From: an uncultured Pelagibacteraceae bacterium
Lineage (GTDB): Bacteria > Pseudomonadota > Alphaproteobacteria > Pelagibacterales > Pelagibacteraceae
NCBI GenBank assembly: GCA_902569785.1
Contig: CACFVO010000001.1
Coordinates: 115,971-179,970, forward strand
Direction: 5' to 3'
Length of the DNA: 64,000 nt
How positions within the stretch are numbered: the first letter of the stretch is position 1; the number at the start of each line of letters is the position of its first letter. The position numbers were made by a program, and so were the translations under genes. The notes under the pieces are model-generated. The model made no database searches. It saw only the letters and a list, made by a program, of their open reading frames with translations, and was not told where the DNA came from. Below, one piece after another: positions 1 to 9,965 of this stretch.

Positions 1-345
1 GCTGACCTAAACGGCAAGTGGGATGGAAAACAACTAATTCTTGATGAAAAATTTAATTGGTCAGATGGAGAGGTTCAAACTAGACAATGGAAGATAATCA
101 AAATAGATGATCATAATTATGAAGGAACCGCAGGAGATGTAGTAGGAACAGCAAAAGGATTTTCTTATGGACCAGCCTTTAAATTCGAATACGTTTTACT
201 AGTACCTGTAAAAGGTAAAGAAATTAAAATTACTTTTGATGATTGGATATTTAAGCAAGATGATAGAGTTGCCATCAATAGAGCAACAATGACAAAATTT
301 GGAATTAAGGTTGCTGAACTAACTGTAGTGTTTGTAAAAGATTAA
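1..345 (+). CDS. DUF3833 family protein, 5'-truncated by window edge
   Basis: Frame 1 open from base 1 to TAA at 343-345: ...ILDEKFNWSDGEVQTRQWKI...YEGTAGDVVGTAKG...FDDWIF...INRATMTKFGIKVAEL, typical DUF3833 motifs; not in ORF track. Confidence 0.85.
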   Translation, partial: ADLNGKWDGKQLILDEKFNWSDGEVQTRQWKIIKIDDHNYEGTAGDVVGTAKGFSYGPAFKFEYVLLVPVKGKEIKITFDDWIFKQDDRVAINRATMTKFGIKVAELTVVFVKD

Positions 346-1094
346 CGTTTATATAATTTATAAATCAGAAATAAATAAATTTTGTAAGGTAATATTCTTA
401 AAAATTTTAAAATTAAAGTTAATTGTTTTGGGAAATGAATTTCAAAAGAATTTGATTTTATAAGACCACCATATATTTTTTCGGCAGCAAATTCTACAGA
501 CCTTAAAAAAGGCATAGGAAAATCATTTTTGTCTGTTAAAGGTGTTTTTATAAACCCTGGAGAAATAACTGAGACTCTTACGTTATATTTTTTAAAATCA
601 AAATAGATGCTCTCTGCAAAATTATTTAAGGCAGCTTTGGAGGGGCCATAACCACTTGAATTAGGCAATCCTCTGTACCCAGCTATAGATGAAACTATTG
701 AAATATGTCCTCTTTTTTTATTTTTAAAATACCTTTCTACTGTTTTGACACAATTTAAAACACCAAAATAATTTACATCCATTACAAATTTACTTTGTTT
801 AATATCAATCTCTTTTTCTTTTTTTGGATCGTAGGTTCCACTACAAAAAATACAAAGATCAATTTCTGTAAACTCTGAGATAATTTTTTGGAATGTAATT
901 TTACAATTTTGTTCATCTACTACGTCTAATGGATAAGAAGAGATATTATGATCTTTAGCCATTTCATCAAGAATTTCCTTTCTTCGAGCTGATACTGCAA
1001 CTTGCCAACCTTCTTTAGCAAATTTTTCAGCAACAGCTTTACCTATTCCACTGCTTGCTCCAGTAATCCATATTTTTTTCTGATTTTTGGACAT
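342..1094 (-). CDS. Short-chain dehydrogenase/reductase (SDR)
   Basis: TGASSGIG Rossmann motif, YGPSK catalytic motif, PGFIKT. Confidence 0.9.
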   Translation of the reverse strand: MSKNQKKIWITGASSGIGKAVAEKFAKEGWQVAVSARRKEILDEMAKDHNISSYPLDVVDEQNCKITFQKIISEFTEIDLCIFCSGTYDPKKEKEIDIKQSKFVMDVNYFGVLNCVKTVERYFKNKKRGHISIVSSIAGYRGLPNSSGYGPSKAALNNFAESIYFDFKKYNVRVSVISPGFIKTPLTDKNDFPMPFLRSVEFAAEKIYGGLIKSNSFEIHFPKQLTLILKFLRILPYKIYLFLIYKLYKR

Positions 1095-1115
1095 AAATTA
1101 GTTATATATTAATAT

Positions 1116-1580
1116 ATGAGTAAGAATAAATATTTATCTCTATTCTTAATACTTTTAATTACATTTATAGCTTCGACAATAGGAAGTTTTACCACAGCCT
1201 CATTTAAAGAGCCCTGGTATTCTCAAATTATACTACCAAGCTTTAATCCACCAAGCTGGGTATTCGCCCCTGTTTGGACAACGCTATATATCATGATGGC
1301 AATCGCAATTTGGAAAATTTGGATAAATTCGTTCGATTTAAAGATCTTAAAACTTTATTTTGTACATTTATTTTTTAATGGCACCTGGAGCATTGTCTTT
1401 TTTGGATTTCATCAAATTGGTTTAGCTTTGATGAACTTAATTATCATTTTAATCTTTATTATTTTGCTCATGAAAAATTATTTCAACAAAGATAAAATTA
1501 GTTTCTATTTAATGATACCTTATCTTCTATGGTCAAGTTATGCATTGATACTTAATAGCTCAATATTTATATTAAATTAA
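1116..1580 (+). CDS. tspO: TspO/MBR tryptophan-rich sensory protein
   Basis: WY..L..PSFNPPSWVFAPVWTTLY, WS.VFFG, PYLLW motifs; about 5 TM segments. Confidence 0.93.
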   Translation: MSKNKYLSLFLILLITFIASTIGSFTTASFKEPWYSQIILPSFNPPSWVFAPVWTTLYIMMAIAIWKIWINSFDLKILKLYFVHLFFNGTWSIVFFGFHQIGLALMNLIIILIFIILLMKNYFNKDKISFYLMIPYLLWSSYALILNSSIFILN

Positions 1581-2047
1581 AATATCCTTTTAGGATAATT
1601 TCTTTTTAGAATAATTTTATTAATTAGAATAGATAATAGAATTATGACTACAGTTCCTACAACGACGGGAAATAAAATGTAATCGAAAGACAAGTCCATA
1701 AATAAAGCAACCAAAGGATTCGATGCCGCTGGTGGATGCATTACCTTAAAATAGACCATCAAAGTAATTGCAACTCCAACTGATAAACCTAGAGAGTAAA
1801 ATGAAAGCCCAATTGTCTCGTTGAATATAATCCCAACAATTATTGATATAAGATGACCAAAAAATATATTTTTAGGTTGCGCAGTTTCAAGATCATAAAG
1901 GACAAATACGATAAATACAGTAGCACCAAAAGAAAACATTAGCCATATTCCCGCAGAGGTTTCTAGAGTTAAATACGCCAGAATACCTATGACTATAGCT
2001 GCTGATATTCCTGAAACAATTGATTCTAAATCTTTTCTTATTTTCAT
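1577..2047 (-). CDS. HPP family membrane protein
   Basis: FGAT, AQPKNIFFGH and HPPAAS motifs. Confidence 0.9.
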   Translation of the reverse strand: MKIRKDLESIVSGISAAIVIGILAYLTLETSAGIWLMFSFGATVFIVFVLYDLETAQPKNIFFGHLISIIVGIIFNETIGLSFYSLGLSVGVAITLMVYFKVMHPPAASNPLVALFMDLSFDYILFPVVVGTVVIILLSILINKIILKRNYPKRIF

Positions 2048-2095
2048 ATATATTTTTTCTCTAATTAAGTTATATACTTTTTGAAGGATAAAAAA

Positions 2096-2617
2096 ATGAT
2101 TTCTATTTTTCTTAATAGAGTATTTAGAGCAATAAAGATCGATATCGATCTTTACGAAGAGGTAGAAAAAGATAAATCAGCTACTCTTCAAGCTGGAACA
2201 GTCGTAGTTCTCTCTAGCTTAGCAGCAGGAGTAGGAGCTTTACAATTAGGTGCATCTAATTTTTTATTAGCCCCGGTTCTGTCACTATTGAGTTGGTATG
2301 TTTGGGCTTATGTAATTTATTTTGTTGGAGTAAAATTGTTTGGAGATCCAAAAACTAAAAGTAATCATGGTGAATTATTGAGAACAATTGGTTTTTCTAG
2401 TGCTCCAGGTTTAATTAGAGTTTTTGGCATTACTCCTGATTTAATGACGGTAACTTTTATAGGTTCTGCTTTTTGGATGTTAGCTTGTATGGTAGTAGCA
2501 GTTAAATCAGCTTTAGACTACGATAGCATGTGGAAAGCTCTAGGAGTTGTAATTGTTGCATGGTTATTTCAAGCTTTTTTCTTATTTTTAGTGATTATTC
2601 TTTTTAAAGGAATTTAG
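2096..2617 (+). CDS. YIP1-family membrane protein
   Basis: YEEVE.D..AT.QA and LLRTIGFSSAPG motifs; ATG 2096 follows AAGGA. Confidence 0.75.
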   Translation: MISIFLNRVFRAIKIDIDLYEEVEKDKSATLQAGTVVVLSSLAAGVGALQLGASNFLLAPVLSLLSWYVWAYVIYFVGVKLFGDPKTKSNHGELLRTIGFSSAPGLIRVFGITPDLMTVTFIGSAFWMLACMVVAVKSALDYDSMWKALGVVIVAWLFQAFFLFLVIILFKGI

Positions 2618-2745
2618 ACAGGAAAAATTGTTTTAGATAATTTACAACTATTACATACCTTATATCCAGTAATAATTAAATTTGAATTAACACTTTCATC
2701 TTCTTGTGAACATTCTTCGCAAATATTGTCTGGCAAATCTTCCAT
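2614..2745 (-). CDS. Putative 43-aa zinc-ribbon microprotein
   Basis: MEDLPDNICEECSQEDESVNSNLIITGYKVCNSCKLSKTIFPV; two CxxC; fills the gap, stop overlaps YIP1 stop. Confidence 0.6.
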   Translation of the reverse strand: MEDLPDNICEECSQEDESVNSNLIITGYKVCNSCKLSKTIFPV

Positions 2746-2796
2746 GTAGGACAAGATACACCTTTTAATATTTGAAATCTATCCTAGAATCTAAAG

Positions 2797-3420
2797 ATGA
2801 AAAAAATCATTTTATCCATACTAATGTGCAAAACTTTATTATTTAGTCATAATCAATTAATTGGAGGAGAGTTGAAAGTGACGACTAAAAATTTAAATGA
2901 AATTTCTAATTATAAAAAAGTCTATTTTGCTGGAGGATGTTTTTGGTGCATGGAAGAGTCTTTTGATAAAGAAAAAGGTATTATTCAATCTATTTCAGGA
3001 TATTCTGGCGGGCATTTGATAAATCCTACTTATAAAGAGGTTATTTATAAAGACACTGGTCACGTTGAAACTATCGAAATTACCTATGACCCTAAAGTGA
3101 TATCCTATAAAAAACTTTTAGACGTTTTTTGGAAAAATATTGATCCTTTTGATAAATATGGTCAATTTTGTGATAAAGGAAAAAGTTATAGATCAGTTAT
3201 TTTCTATAAGAATAATAAGCAAAAAAAAGTTATTCAAAAATCAATTTCTGAAATAGAACAAAGATTTAATTCTAAGGTTGTAACTTTATTGTGGAAATTT
3301 GATAAATTTTACCAAGCAGAGGATTATCATCAAGATTATTATCAAAAAAATTTTTTAAGATATCTAGCTTATAAAAAAGCTTGTCAAAGAGAAGAGGTTT
3401 TAAATAAAATATGGAATTAA
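2797..3420 (+). CDS. msrA: Peptide-methionine (S)-S-oxide reductase
   Basis: FAGGCFWC, GYSGG, TGHVE, AEDYHQDYY; N-terminal signal-like segment. Confidence 0.95.
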   Translation: MKKIILSILMCKTLLFSHNQLIGGELKVTTKNLNEISNYKKVYFAGGCFWCMEESFDKEKGIIQSISGYSGGHLINPTYKEVIYKDTGHVETIEITYDPKVISYKKLLDVFWKNIDPFDKYGQFCDKGKSYRSVIFYKNNKQKKVIQKSISEIEQRFNSKVVTLLWKFDKFYQAEDYHQDYYQKNFLRYLAYKKACQREEVLNKIWN

Positions 3421-3866
3421 AAAAAATTATATTATCTTTAATATTTATATTCTATTTTAGCACACTTAATGCTGAACTAATTAAACCAAGTAATAAATTT
3501 GATCCATACGATGTAGTTAAAATTCAACTTAAAGCACTTAAAAATAATAATAAAAAAGATCAAGGTATAATGCAAACATGGCTTTTTGCTCATCCAGATA
3601 ATAAAAAAGTTACTGGTCCTTACGAGCGATTTAGAATTATGATATACGGTCAACAATATAAGTATCTCATTAATCATTCCTCACATAAGATCAATCTAAT
3701 ATCAAACACCTCTAACTCTTACATATATAGAATTGAAATTCTAACAAATGATAAAAAATTATTTTTCTATGAGTGGCAAGTTCAAAAAGGTAGTGACGCA
3801 GATTGTAAAAACTGTTGGTTTACATCTGCAGTGTCAATACCAGTAGATCAAGGAAGCACAATTTGA
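3411..3866 (+). CDS. Secreted hypothetical protein (DUF4864-like)
   Basis: Signal peptide; VVKIQL.AL..N, FAHP.N...TGP..RF..M pattern. Confidence 0.6.
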   Translation: MELKKIILSLIFIFYFSTLNAELIKPSNKFDPYDVVKIQLKALKNNNKKDQGIMQTWLFAHPDNKKVTGPYERFRIMIYGQQYKYLINHSSHKINLISNTSNSYIYRIEILTNDKKLFFYEWQVQKGSDADCKNCWFTSAVSIPVDQGSTI

Positions 3867-4063
3867 AACGTCCTCCTTTTATTTATCGATATTTAATTGT
3901 AGGGTGTATTCTAGTATTTCCACCAATTCTTAGCGCCCACTACGGATCAATTTATTTAGGCAGAGAAAACGGAGTTCTTCTAGGTTTTTCTGTTGGAATA
4001 ATTTGTGTAACTTTTGCATGTTGGAAATTATATATCGATGATTGGAGGGACGACGAAGATTAA
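3863..4063 (+). CDS. Small 2-TM membrane protein
   Basis: TTG start overlapping upstream stop with AAGGA SD; stop overlaps next ATG. Confidence 0.6.
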   Translation: MKRPPFIYRYLIVGCILVFPPILSAHYGSIYLGRENGVLLGFSVGIICVTFACWKLYIDDWRDDED

Positions 4064-5202
4064 TGCAGTTTATTACCTCCAGATTAGAAGCTTTAGAGAA
4101 ACTCAGTAAATATATAGAAAGTGATATTTCGAATTATAACGCCAAAAGAAATTTTGACTTTGGTGTTACAAATAGACGTAATGTTTCTTGTTTGTCACCT
4201 TATATAACTCATAGATTAATTACAGAGTATGAGACTGCAAAAATTGTTTTAAAAAAATATCCTTTTAAAAAGGTAGATAAGTTTATTCAAGAAATATTTT
4301 GGAGAGTTTATTGGAAAGGTTGGCTAGAACTAAGACCAAAAGTTTGGACCGATTTTATAGAAGATCTGAAGACGATCAAAGAAGATAAAAGTTATTTGAA
4401 AGCAACAAATGGTGAAACAGATATCGAGTGTTTTAACGACTGGGTAAATGAACTAAAAAATTTTAATTATCTTCATAATCATACTAGAATGTTATTCGCA
4501 AGTATTTGGATATTTTCTCTCGGATTACCTTGGCAAAAAGGAGCAGAGTTTTTTATGAAACACTTATATGATGGAGATGCAGCCTCTAATACTTTAAGTT
4601 GGCGATGGGTTGCAGGAATACAAACAAAAGGTAAAAATTATTTAGCTCAGTCTTGGAATATAAGTAAATTTACAAACAACAAATACAAGAATGTTAAGTT
4701 AAATGAGACTGCATTACCAATTATAGACAAAAGAGAATATAAAATTTCTCCTTTTGAAATTAGCAAAAATGAAGATGTAAATGATAATCTAATTATTTTT
4801 GAAAATGAAATGTATGAGGATTTTATGAAAAAAAAAAAATATAAAAAAATTTATTTTGTTTTGTTGGGAAATGAAAATAGATCAGTTAAATTATCTACAA
4901 AAGTAATGGATTATAAGAAAGATGTTATCAAATCACGCTTAAATGAAATTAAATATCAAGCAGAATTACTTGACGGAAACAGTTTAACAAAACTTGCTAA
5001 AACCTCTAAATCATTTGATGTTATATATCCTTCTATTGGTGAAAATTTTTCATTTTTTAAAATGCTTGTTAAAAAAAATAATCTAAATATTAATTTTATT
5101 ACGCGAGAAGAGGATGAATTTTGCTGGAAATTTTCAAATAAAGGATATTTTAATTTTAAGTTGAATATACCAATAATATTATCAACTTTTAAATTGAACT
5201 AG
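4063..5202 (+). CDS. Photolyase with inverted domain order (NewPHL-like)
   Basis: Begins directly with FAD domain ([40 protein letters not shown]), then a degenerate alpha/beta segment. Confidence 0.85.
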   Translation: MQFITSRLEALEKLSKYIESDISNYNAKRNFDFGVTNRRNVSCLSPYITHRLITEYETAKIVLKKYPFKKVDKFIQEIFWRVYWKGWLELRPKVWTDFIEDLKTIKEDKSYLKATNGETDIECFNDWVNELKNFNYLHNHTRMLFASIWIFSLGLPWQKGAEFFMKHLYDGDAASNTLSWRWVAGIQTKGKNYLAQSWNISKFTNNKYKNVKLNETALPIIDKREYKISPFEISKNEDVNDNLIIFENEMYEDFMKKKKYKKIYFVLLGNENRSVKLSTKVMDYKKDVIKSRLNEIKYQAELLDGNSLTKLAKTSKSFDVIYPSIGENFSFFKMLVKKNNLNINFITREEDEFCWKFSNKGYFNFKLNIPIILSTFKLN

Positions 5203-5323
5203 ACCTAGAGCATTTCTTAGAACAATATTTTACTCTTTCCCAATTTAGTTTCCATTTTTTTCTCCAAGTGAAAGGCTTACTACAAACTAAACAATTTTTT
5301 TTAGGTAAATTAGTTTTTTTCAT
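5189..5323 (-). CDS. DUF2256 family small Cys-rich protein
   Basis: [38 protein letters not shown]...; LP.K.C..C..PF.WRKKW...W..V.YCS..C signature; missed by ORF track. Confidence 0.9.
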   Translation of the reverse strand: MKKTNLPKKNCLVCSKPFTWRKKWKLNWERVKYCSKKCSRSSSI

Positions 5324-5669
5324 CACTTAGTAAATGTTTATTTTTTATAAAAAGAAAATAAGCTGCAATTTCGTAAAAAATATTTAACAAAAAAAATAAA
5401 GGTTTGATCTTAAATATTTTATACAGAAAGTTGTATTTAGGTACATTTTTCCAAATAATTAAAAAAGACTCTGCTCCATCAATTATTTTACCATCTTCTA
5501 TGATATGCATTCTTCGTAAAAGTTCTTTATATGATTTTGATGTAATTTTTTGAGCCTCTATATTATTAGTAACATCTATCCATTCAATTTTATCATTACA
5601 GTGTTTTTTATAGTGGCTAATTTCAGCCTTACAAATATTACATGAATTGTTAAAAAAAACTTTAACCAT
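5310..5669 (-). CDS. DUF393/DCC thiol-disulfide oxidoreductase family
   Basis: N-terminal FFNNSCNIC and RMH..DG...GA..F pattern. Confidence 0.85.
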   Translation of the reverse strand: MVKVFFNNSCNICKAEISHYKKHCNDKIEWIDVTNNIEAQKITSKSYKELLRRMHIIEDGKIIDGAESFLIIWKNVPKYNFLYKIFKIKPLFFLLNIFYEIAAYFLFIKNKHLLSDEKN

Positions 5670-7143
5670 TAGTGTTTTCTTTTATAAAATTATTTGCGGC
5701 TTTAAAAATTCGAGCTTTTCTTTCTTTGTTCATTTTTTCTGACACTCTTACCATCATTGCTAATCTAGGATTTTTTAAAAAGAATTTTTTATTTTTATCA
5801 ATAAATTTCCAGTACAATCCATCCATAACATCGCACCAAGGCCCTTTCTTAAAGTGCATCATTTTGAGAAAGTAACTTGAACCACAAATATAAGGTTTCG
5901 TTGCAAAAATTCCACCATCACTAAACAAACCCATACCATAAACATTCGGAGACATTACCCACTCTGAAGAGTCAACAAACATTTCCATAAACCACTTGTA
6001 AACTTGTTTAGGATGGATCTCACAAAGATTCATAATATTGGATAGTATCATTAATCTCTCAATGTGGTGGGACCATCCGAAACGTTCTGCATTTTGAATT
6101 GAGAAATCAAGTGGATCTAATCCAGTAGTTCCATCGTACCAAGATTTTTTCATTTTTCTTTTATGATTAAAAAAATTTGATTTTTCTAATTTATTTTCGA
6201 AATTTTGGTAAATACCTCTCATAAACTCTCTCCACCCAATAATTTGTCTTATGTATCCCTCATAGGAATTAACAGGAACTTTATTTTCCATCCTCTTTAA
6301 TTTAAGAATAAGTTCTTCAGGTGTTATGAGTCCAATATTGATTATTGGACTTAAAGCACTGTGAAACATAGTGTTAGATCTTTCACTTACAGCATCTTCA
6401 TAGTCGCCAAATAATTTTATTCTTTCTTTTAGAAATTCATCAAGTTTTTTATGAGCATCTTTTCTCGTAGTAGGAAACCAAAAATTTTCAGTATTGCCAG
6501 GATGATGATTAAAATTTAAATTAATAAATTTTTTTAAGTCATTAGTATGTTTAGAATGATTTAATTTGGAAACAGTTGGAATTTTAATATTTTTTGGTAA
6601 TTTTTTTCGATTGTCCTCGTCGAAGCTCCATCTATCTCCTTTTGGTTTTCCGTTTTTATCCATTAGAATGTTTAATTTTGTTCTAATAATTTTATAAAAA
6701 TTAGCCATAAAAGGTTTTTTATATTTTGAAAGATATTCTTTAAATTCATTTCTAGTACTTAAAAACATAGGTGAATTTAATTGATTTACAACTACACCTG
6801 TATTTTTTAGTAATTTCAGTATTTTTTTTTCAAAAGGCTTATCTTCTATTTCAAAAAAACTTACCTCTTTAATTTTTTTATCTTTAATTATTTTTTCAAT
6901 TTTTTTTTCGTAAGATGTTTTAAATTTGGAATTAACATCTTCATAATGTACCTTGAAATTATTTAATTTAAGCTCATCTCTAAAAGATCTCATTGATGAT
7001 AAAAAGAGAAGAATTTTCAATTTATGATGTTTTTCATAGGTACATAAATCATAATCTTCAGCCATAAAAAAAGTGTGATCCTTGTACTTTTTTAAATATT
7101 TTGGACTAAATAATTGATTTCCAAGTATTATAAATAGCTTCAT
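5662..7143 (-). CDS. Bacterial cryptochrome/(6-4) photolyase (PhrB/CryB class), apparently lacking Fe-S ligands
   Basis: LGNQLF, HHKLKI, WSFDEDNR, FGDYED, RQIIGWREF, HHIERLM, ATKPY; no CxxC after the KPY motif. Confidence 0.9.
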   Translation of the reverse strand: MKLFIILGNQLFSPKYLKKYKDHTFFMAEDYDLCTYEKHHKLKILLFLSSMRSFRDELKLNNFKVHYEDVNSKFKTSYEKKIEKIIKDKKIKEVSFFEIEDKPFEKKILKLLKNTGVVVNQLNSPMFLSTRNEFKEYLSKYKKPFMANFYKIIRTKLNILMDKNGKPKGDRWSFDEDNRKKLPKNIKIPTVSKLNHSKHTNDLKKFINLNFNHHPGNTENFWFPTTRKDAHKKLDEFLKERIKLFGDYEDAVSERSNTMFHSALSPIINIGLITPEELILKLKRMENKVPVNSYEGYIRQIIGWREFMRGIYQNFENKLEKSNFFNHKRKMKKSWYDGTTGLDPLDFSIQNAERFGWSHHIERLMILSNIMNLCEIHPKQVYKWFMEMFVDSSEWVMSPNVYGMGLFSDGGIFATKPYICGSSYFLKMMHFKKGPWCDVMDGLYWKFIDKNKKFFLKNPRLAMMVRVSEKMNKERKARIFKAANNFIKENTNG

Positions 7144-7228
7144 CTAAGACAAATTATAGAATTTTAAATAGAAATAAACGCGTCATTATTTGCCTATTTA
7201 TTTAAAATAATAGTGATAAAAAGCCATT

Positions 7229-7939
7229 ATGAAAAAATTAATTTTAGGAGCAACAGGATCAATAGGATCTTCTTTGGCTAAAAAAGTAGTTTCAGAGGGA
7301 GGAGAAGTTCATTTAGTTGGTAGAGACCAAGCAACTTTATCTAAAATTGCCTCTGAATTAAATTCCACTTTTACAACTTGCGATGTATTAGAAGAAAATT
7401 TTTCTGAAAAAGTTTTTAGTGATTTAGGAGATACTCCAATAAATGGTTTAGCGTATTGTGTTGGGTCAATAGATTTAAAGCCTATAAAATTGACAAAAAA
7501 AAGTGATTACATGCAGTCATTTAATTTAAATTTGGTTTCAGCAATTGAAATTATAAGAAGAGCTTCTGATAGCTTAAAACAAAACAAAGGTTCAATAGTT
7601 TTATTTTCTACAGTAGCAGTTAGAAGAGGTTTTACTAATCACAGTATCGTTTCATCTGCTAAAGGAGCAATTGAGGGATTAACCGTATCTTTAGCTGCAG
7701 AATTTGCTCCAAACATAAGAGTGAATTGTATAGCTCCAAGTATATCAAAATCTAAAATAGCAAATTTTATTTTAAAAAATGAAAAAATGGCAGATAGCAT
7801 TGCTAAAATGCACCCTTTAAAAAGAGTAGGAGAGGGAAGCGACTCTGCGTCAGTTGCAAATTTTTTATTAAGCAATAGTAGTTCATGGATTACTGGACAA
7901 ATTTTAGGTGTGGATGGCGGAAGATCATCTTTAACGTAG
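7229..7939 (+). CDS. SDR oxidoreductase (photolyase-cluster type)
   Basis: GATGSIG, YCVGSI.LKP, IRVNCIAP, WITGQILGVDGG; catalytic YxxxK replaced by VSSAK. Confidence 0.85.
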   Translation: MKKLILGATGSIGSSLAKKVVSEGGEVHLVGRDQATLSKIASELNSTFTTCDVLEENFSEKVFSDLGDTPINGLAYCVGSIDLKPIKLTKKSDYMQSFNLNLVSAIEIIRRASDSLKQNKGSIVLFSTVAVRRGFTNHSIVSSAKGAIEGLTVSLAAEFAPNIRVNCIAPSISKSKIANFILKNEKMADSIAKMHPLKRVGEGSDSASVANFLLSNSSSWITGQILGVDGGRSSLT

Positions 7940-7941
7940 TT

Positions 7942-8424
7942 ATGAAAAAAATAGTTTATATAATTTTGATAAGTTTAATGTCTCAATATGCATACTCAGC
8001 GGGCAGCGATAGTTCCGACGATAGTAAATCAAACTATTATGATGATGCAAAAAAATTAGTAATAAGAGCAGGTAAATTAGAAAAAAAAGAAAAAATTGAT
8101 AAAGCTAAAAAACTTTATTCCCAAGCTTTTAAAAAATTGGAAAAAGCATATTCCTCAGAAAAAAAGAATCCAGATATTTTAAATTATATGGGTTATACAT
8201 CTAGAAAAATTGGCAACTTTGAACAAGCTGAAAAATTTTACCTTACAGGGCTTAGCATAAAGCCCGATCATAATGGTATTAATGAATATCTTGGTGAGCT
8301 GTATGTCCAAACAAATCGAATAGATAAAGCCAACGAAAGATTGGATGTTTTAAAAAATTGTAACTGTGAAGAATATAAAGAGCTAGAACTAATTATTAAA
8401 ACTCGGGGAACTAAGGTATATTAA
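7942..8424 (+). CDS. Secreted TPR-repeat protein
   Basis: Signal peptide; PDILNYMGY, GINEYLGELY TPR helices; ATG 7942 preferred over 7885. Confidence 0.8.
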   Translation: MKKIVYIILISLMSQYAYSAGSDSSDDSKSNYYDDAKKLVIRAGKLEKKEKIDKAKKLYSQAFKKLEKAYSSEKKNPDILNYMGYTSRKIGNFEQAEKFYLTGLSIKPDHNGINEYLGELYVQTNRIDKANERLDVLKNCNCEEYKELELIIKTRGTKVY

Positions 8425-8798
8425 GAAAGATCTAAAGCAAATTTTTTAAGTTTCGCGATAGGGATTAATTCTAAAGTTTTTATATTTGTTTTTTTTAAGT
8501 AAATAGAACATGCTACATTTTCCTCTAAAGCTCTGGCATACCAAGTAGCACACAAACACCAACTGTCACCTTCTTTTAACCCTGGAAATCCAAACTCTGG
8601 ATGAGGTGTTATTAAATCATTTCCAACTTCTTTTGACCATACTAGGAATTCATTAGTAACTTTTGCACAAACTGTATGAACACCTCGATCGTTTTTATCA
8701 GTGTTACAACAACCATCCCTTAACCAACCAGTTAAAGGTTCATTAGAGCAAGGTTCTAAAGTTTCTCCAAAAACATTTTTCTGTTTTTCTTTACTCAT
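8421..8798 (-). CDS. DUF2237 family protein
   Basis: NVFGE.LEPC..PLTGW.RDGCC, GNDL.TP.PEF.FPGL..GD.WCLCA. Confidence 0.92.
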   Translation of the reverse strand: MSKEKQKNVFGETLEPCSNEPLTGWLRDGCCNTDKNDRGVHTVCAKVTNEFLVWSKEVGNDLITPHPEFGFPGLKEGDSWCLCATWYARALEENVACSIYLKKTNIKTLELIPIAKLKKFALDLS

Positions 8799-8813
8799 TT
8801 ATTTAGAATTATC

Positions 8814-9281
8814 TTATAATTTAGTTGGGTTTGGCTGTCCTTTATACACTTTTTCAGGGTCAAACTTTTTTTCTTTTTCTCTAAATTCTAGCTTTACTTC
8901 CTCTGAATTATTTATTTTACCTAATGGAATAGATCTATAAAAACATGATTTATAACCAACATGGCAACTTGCTCCATTACCAATATCTACAGTCATCCAT
9001 AAAGCATCTTGATCATCATCAATTCTTATATCTATAACTTTTTGAACAAAACCACTTGTTTTTCCTTTATGCCATAAAGCTTTTCTAGATCTGCTCCAGT
9101 AACAAGCTTCCTTTTTTTCTATAGTAAGTTTTAAAGCTTCTTCATTCATATATCCATGCATTAAAACTTCTCCTGTTTTAAAGTCAGTTGTAGTTACAGG
9201 AATAAGTCCTTTCTCATCAAACTTAGGAGACAAGAATTTCCCTTCTTCTACCTCAAATACGCTATCTCTTTTTTTAAACAT
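8814..9281 (-). CDS. hisI: Phosphoribosyl-AMP cyclohydrolase
   Basis: YWSRSR..LW.KG.TSG, DDDQD, SCHVGYKSCFYR. Confidence 0.95.
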   Translation of the reverse strand: MFKKRDSVFEVEEGKFLSPKFDEKGLIPVTTTDFKTGEVLMHGYMNEEALKLTIEKKEACYWSRSRKALWHKGKTSGFVQKVIDIRIDDDQDALWMTVDIGNGASCHVGYKSCFYRSIPLGKINNSEEVKLEFREKEKKFDPEKVYKGQPNPTKL

Positions 9282-9332
9282 TGCCGTAAAATAATGAAAA
9301 AAAGACAAAATAGCAATTTGCATTAATGAAAT

Positions 9333-9965
9333 ATGTCCTATAAAAATGAGCGCTATATGAAATTAGTTAAAGACATTGAGAAGAGTAGCTCGAAAAAACC
9401 TGAAGTTACAGATAAACAGGCTGAAGAAGCTTTTAAAACAATATTAACCTGGATAGGAGAAAATCCAAATAGAGAAGGATTGATAGAAACACCAAAAAGG
9501 GTAGTTAAAGCCTTCAAAGAATATTTCAAAGGATATCATCAAGATGCAAGTGCCGAATTATTGAAAACTTTTGGAGATGTGGAAGGCTACGACGATATGG
9601 TGGTAGAAAAAAATATAACTTTAGAAAGTCATTGTGAACACCATATGGCCCCTATTATTGGTGTCGCTCATATTGCTTACATTCCAAATAAAAAAGTAGT
9701 AGGCCTAAGTAAACTTGCAAGGACTGTAGAAGTTTTTTCTAAAAGACTACAAACGCAAGAGAGACTTACTATGCAGATAGCTAAAACTTTAATGAGCTCG
9801 CTCGAAGCTAAAGGAGTTGCAGTAACTATTGATGCTGCCCATCAATGTATGACTATGAGAGGTATCAAAAAAGAAAAAGCTACTACTGTAACAAATTATT
9901 ATCTTGGGACCTTTAAAGAAGATCTTAGCTATCAAAATAGATATTTGAGATACATAGCGAAATAA
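9333..9965 (+). CDS. folE: GTP cyclohydrolase I
   Basis: REGL.ETP.RV, CEHH, GLSKLAR, RLQ.QERLT, HQCM.MRG. Confidence 0.97.
   Translation: MSYKNERYMKLVKDIEKSSSKKPEVTDKQAEEAFKTILTWIGENPNREGLIETPKRVVKAFKEYFKGYHQDASAELLKTFGDVEGYDDMVVEKNITLESHCEHHMAPIIGVAHIAYIPNKKVVGLSKLARTVEVFSKRLQTQERLTMQIAKTLMSSLEAKGVAVTIDAAHQCMTMRGIKKEKATTVTNYYLGTFKEDLSYQNRYLRYIAK

Noticed and set aside
4828-4839. A12 homopolymer (also A11 near 28701) as a phase-variation switch
   Set aside because: Frames are intact and poly-Lys A-runs are expected at this AT content; no evidence of slippage.
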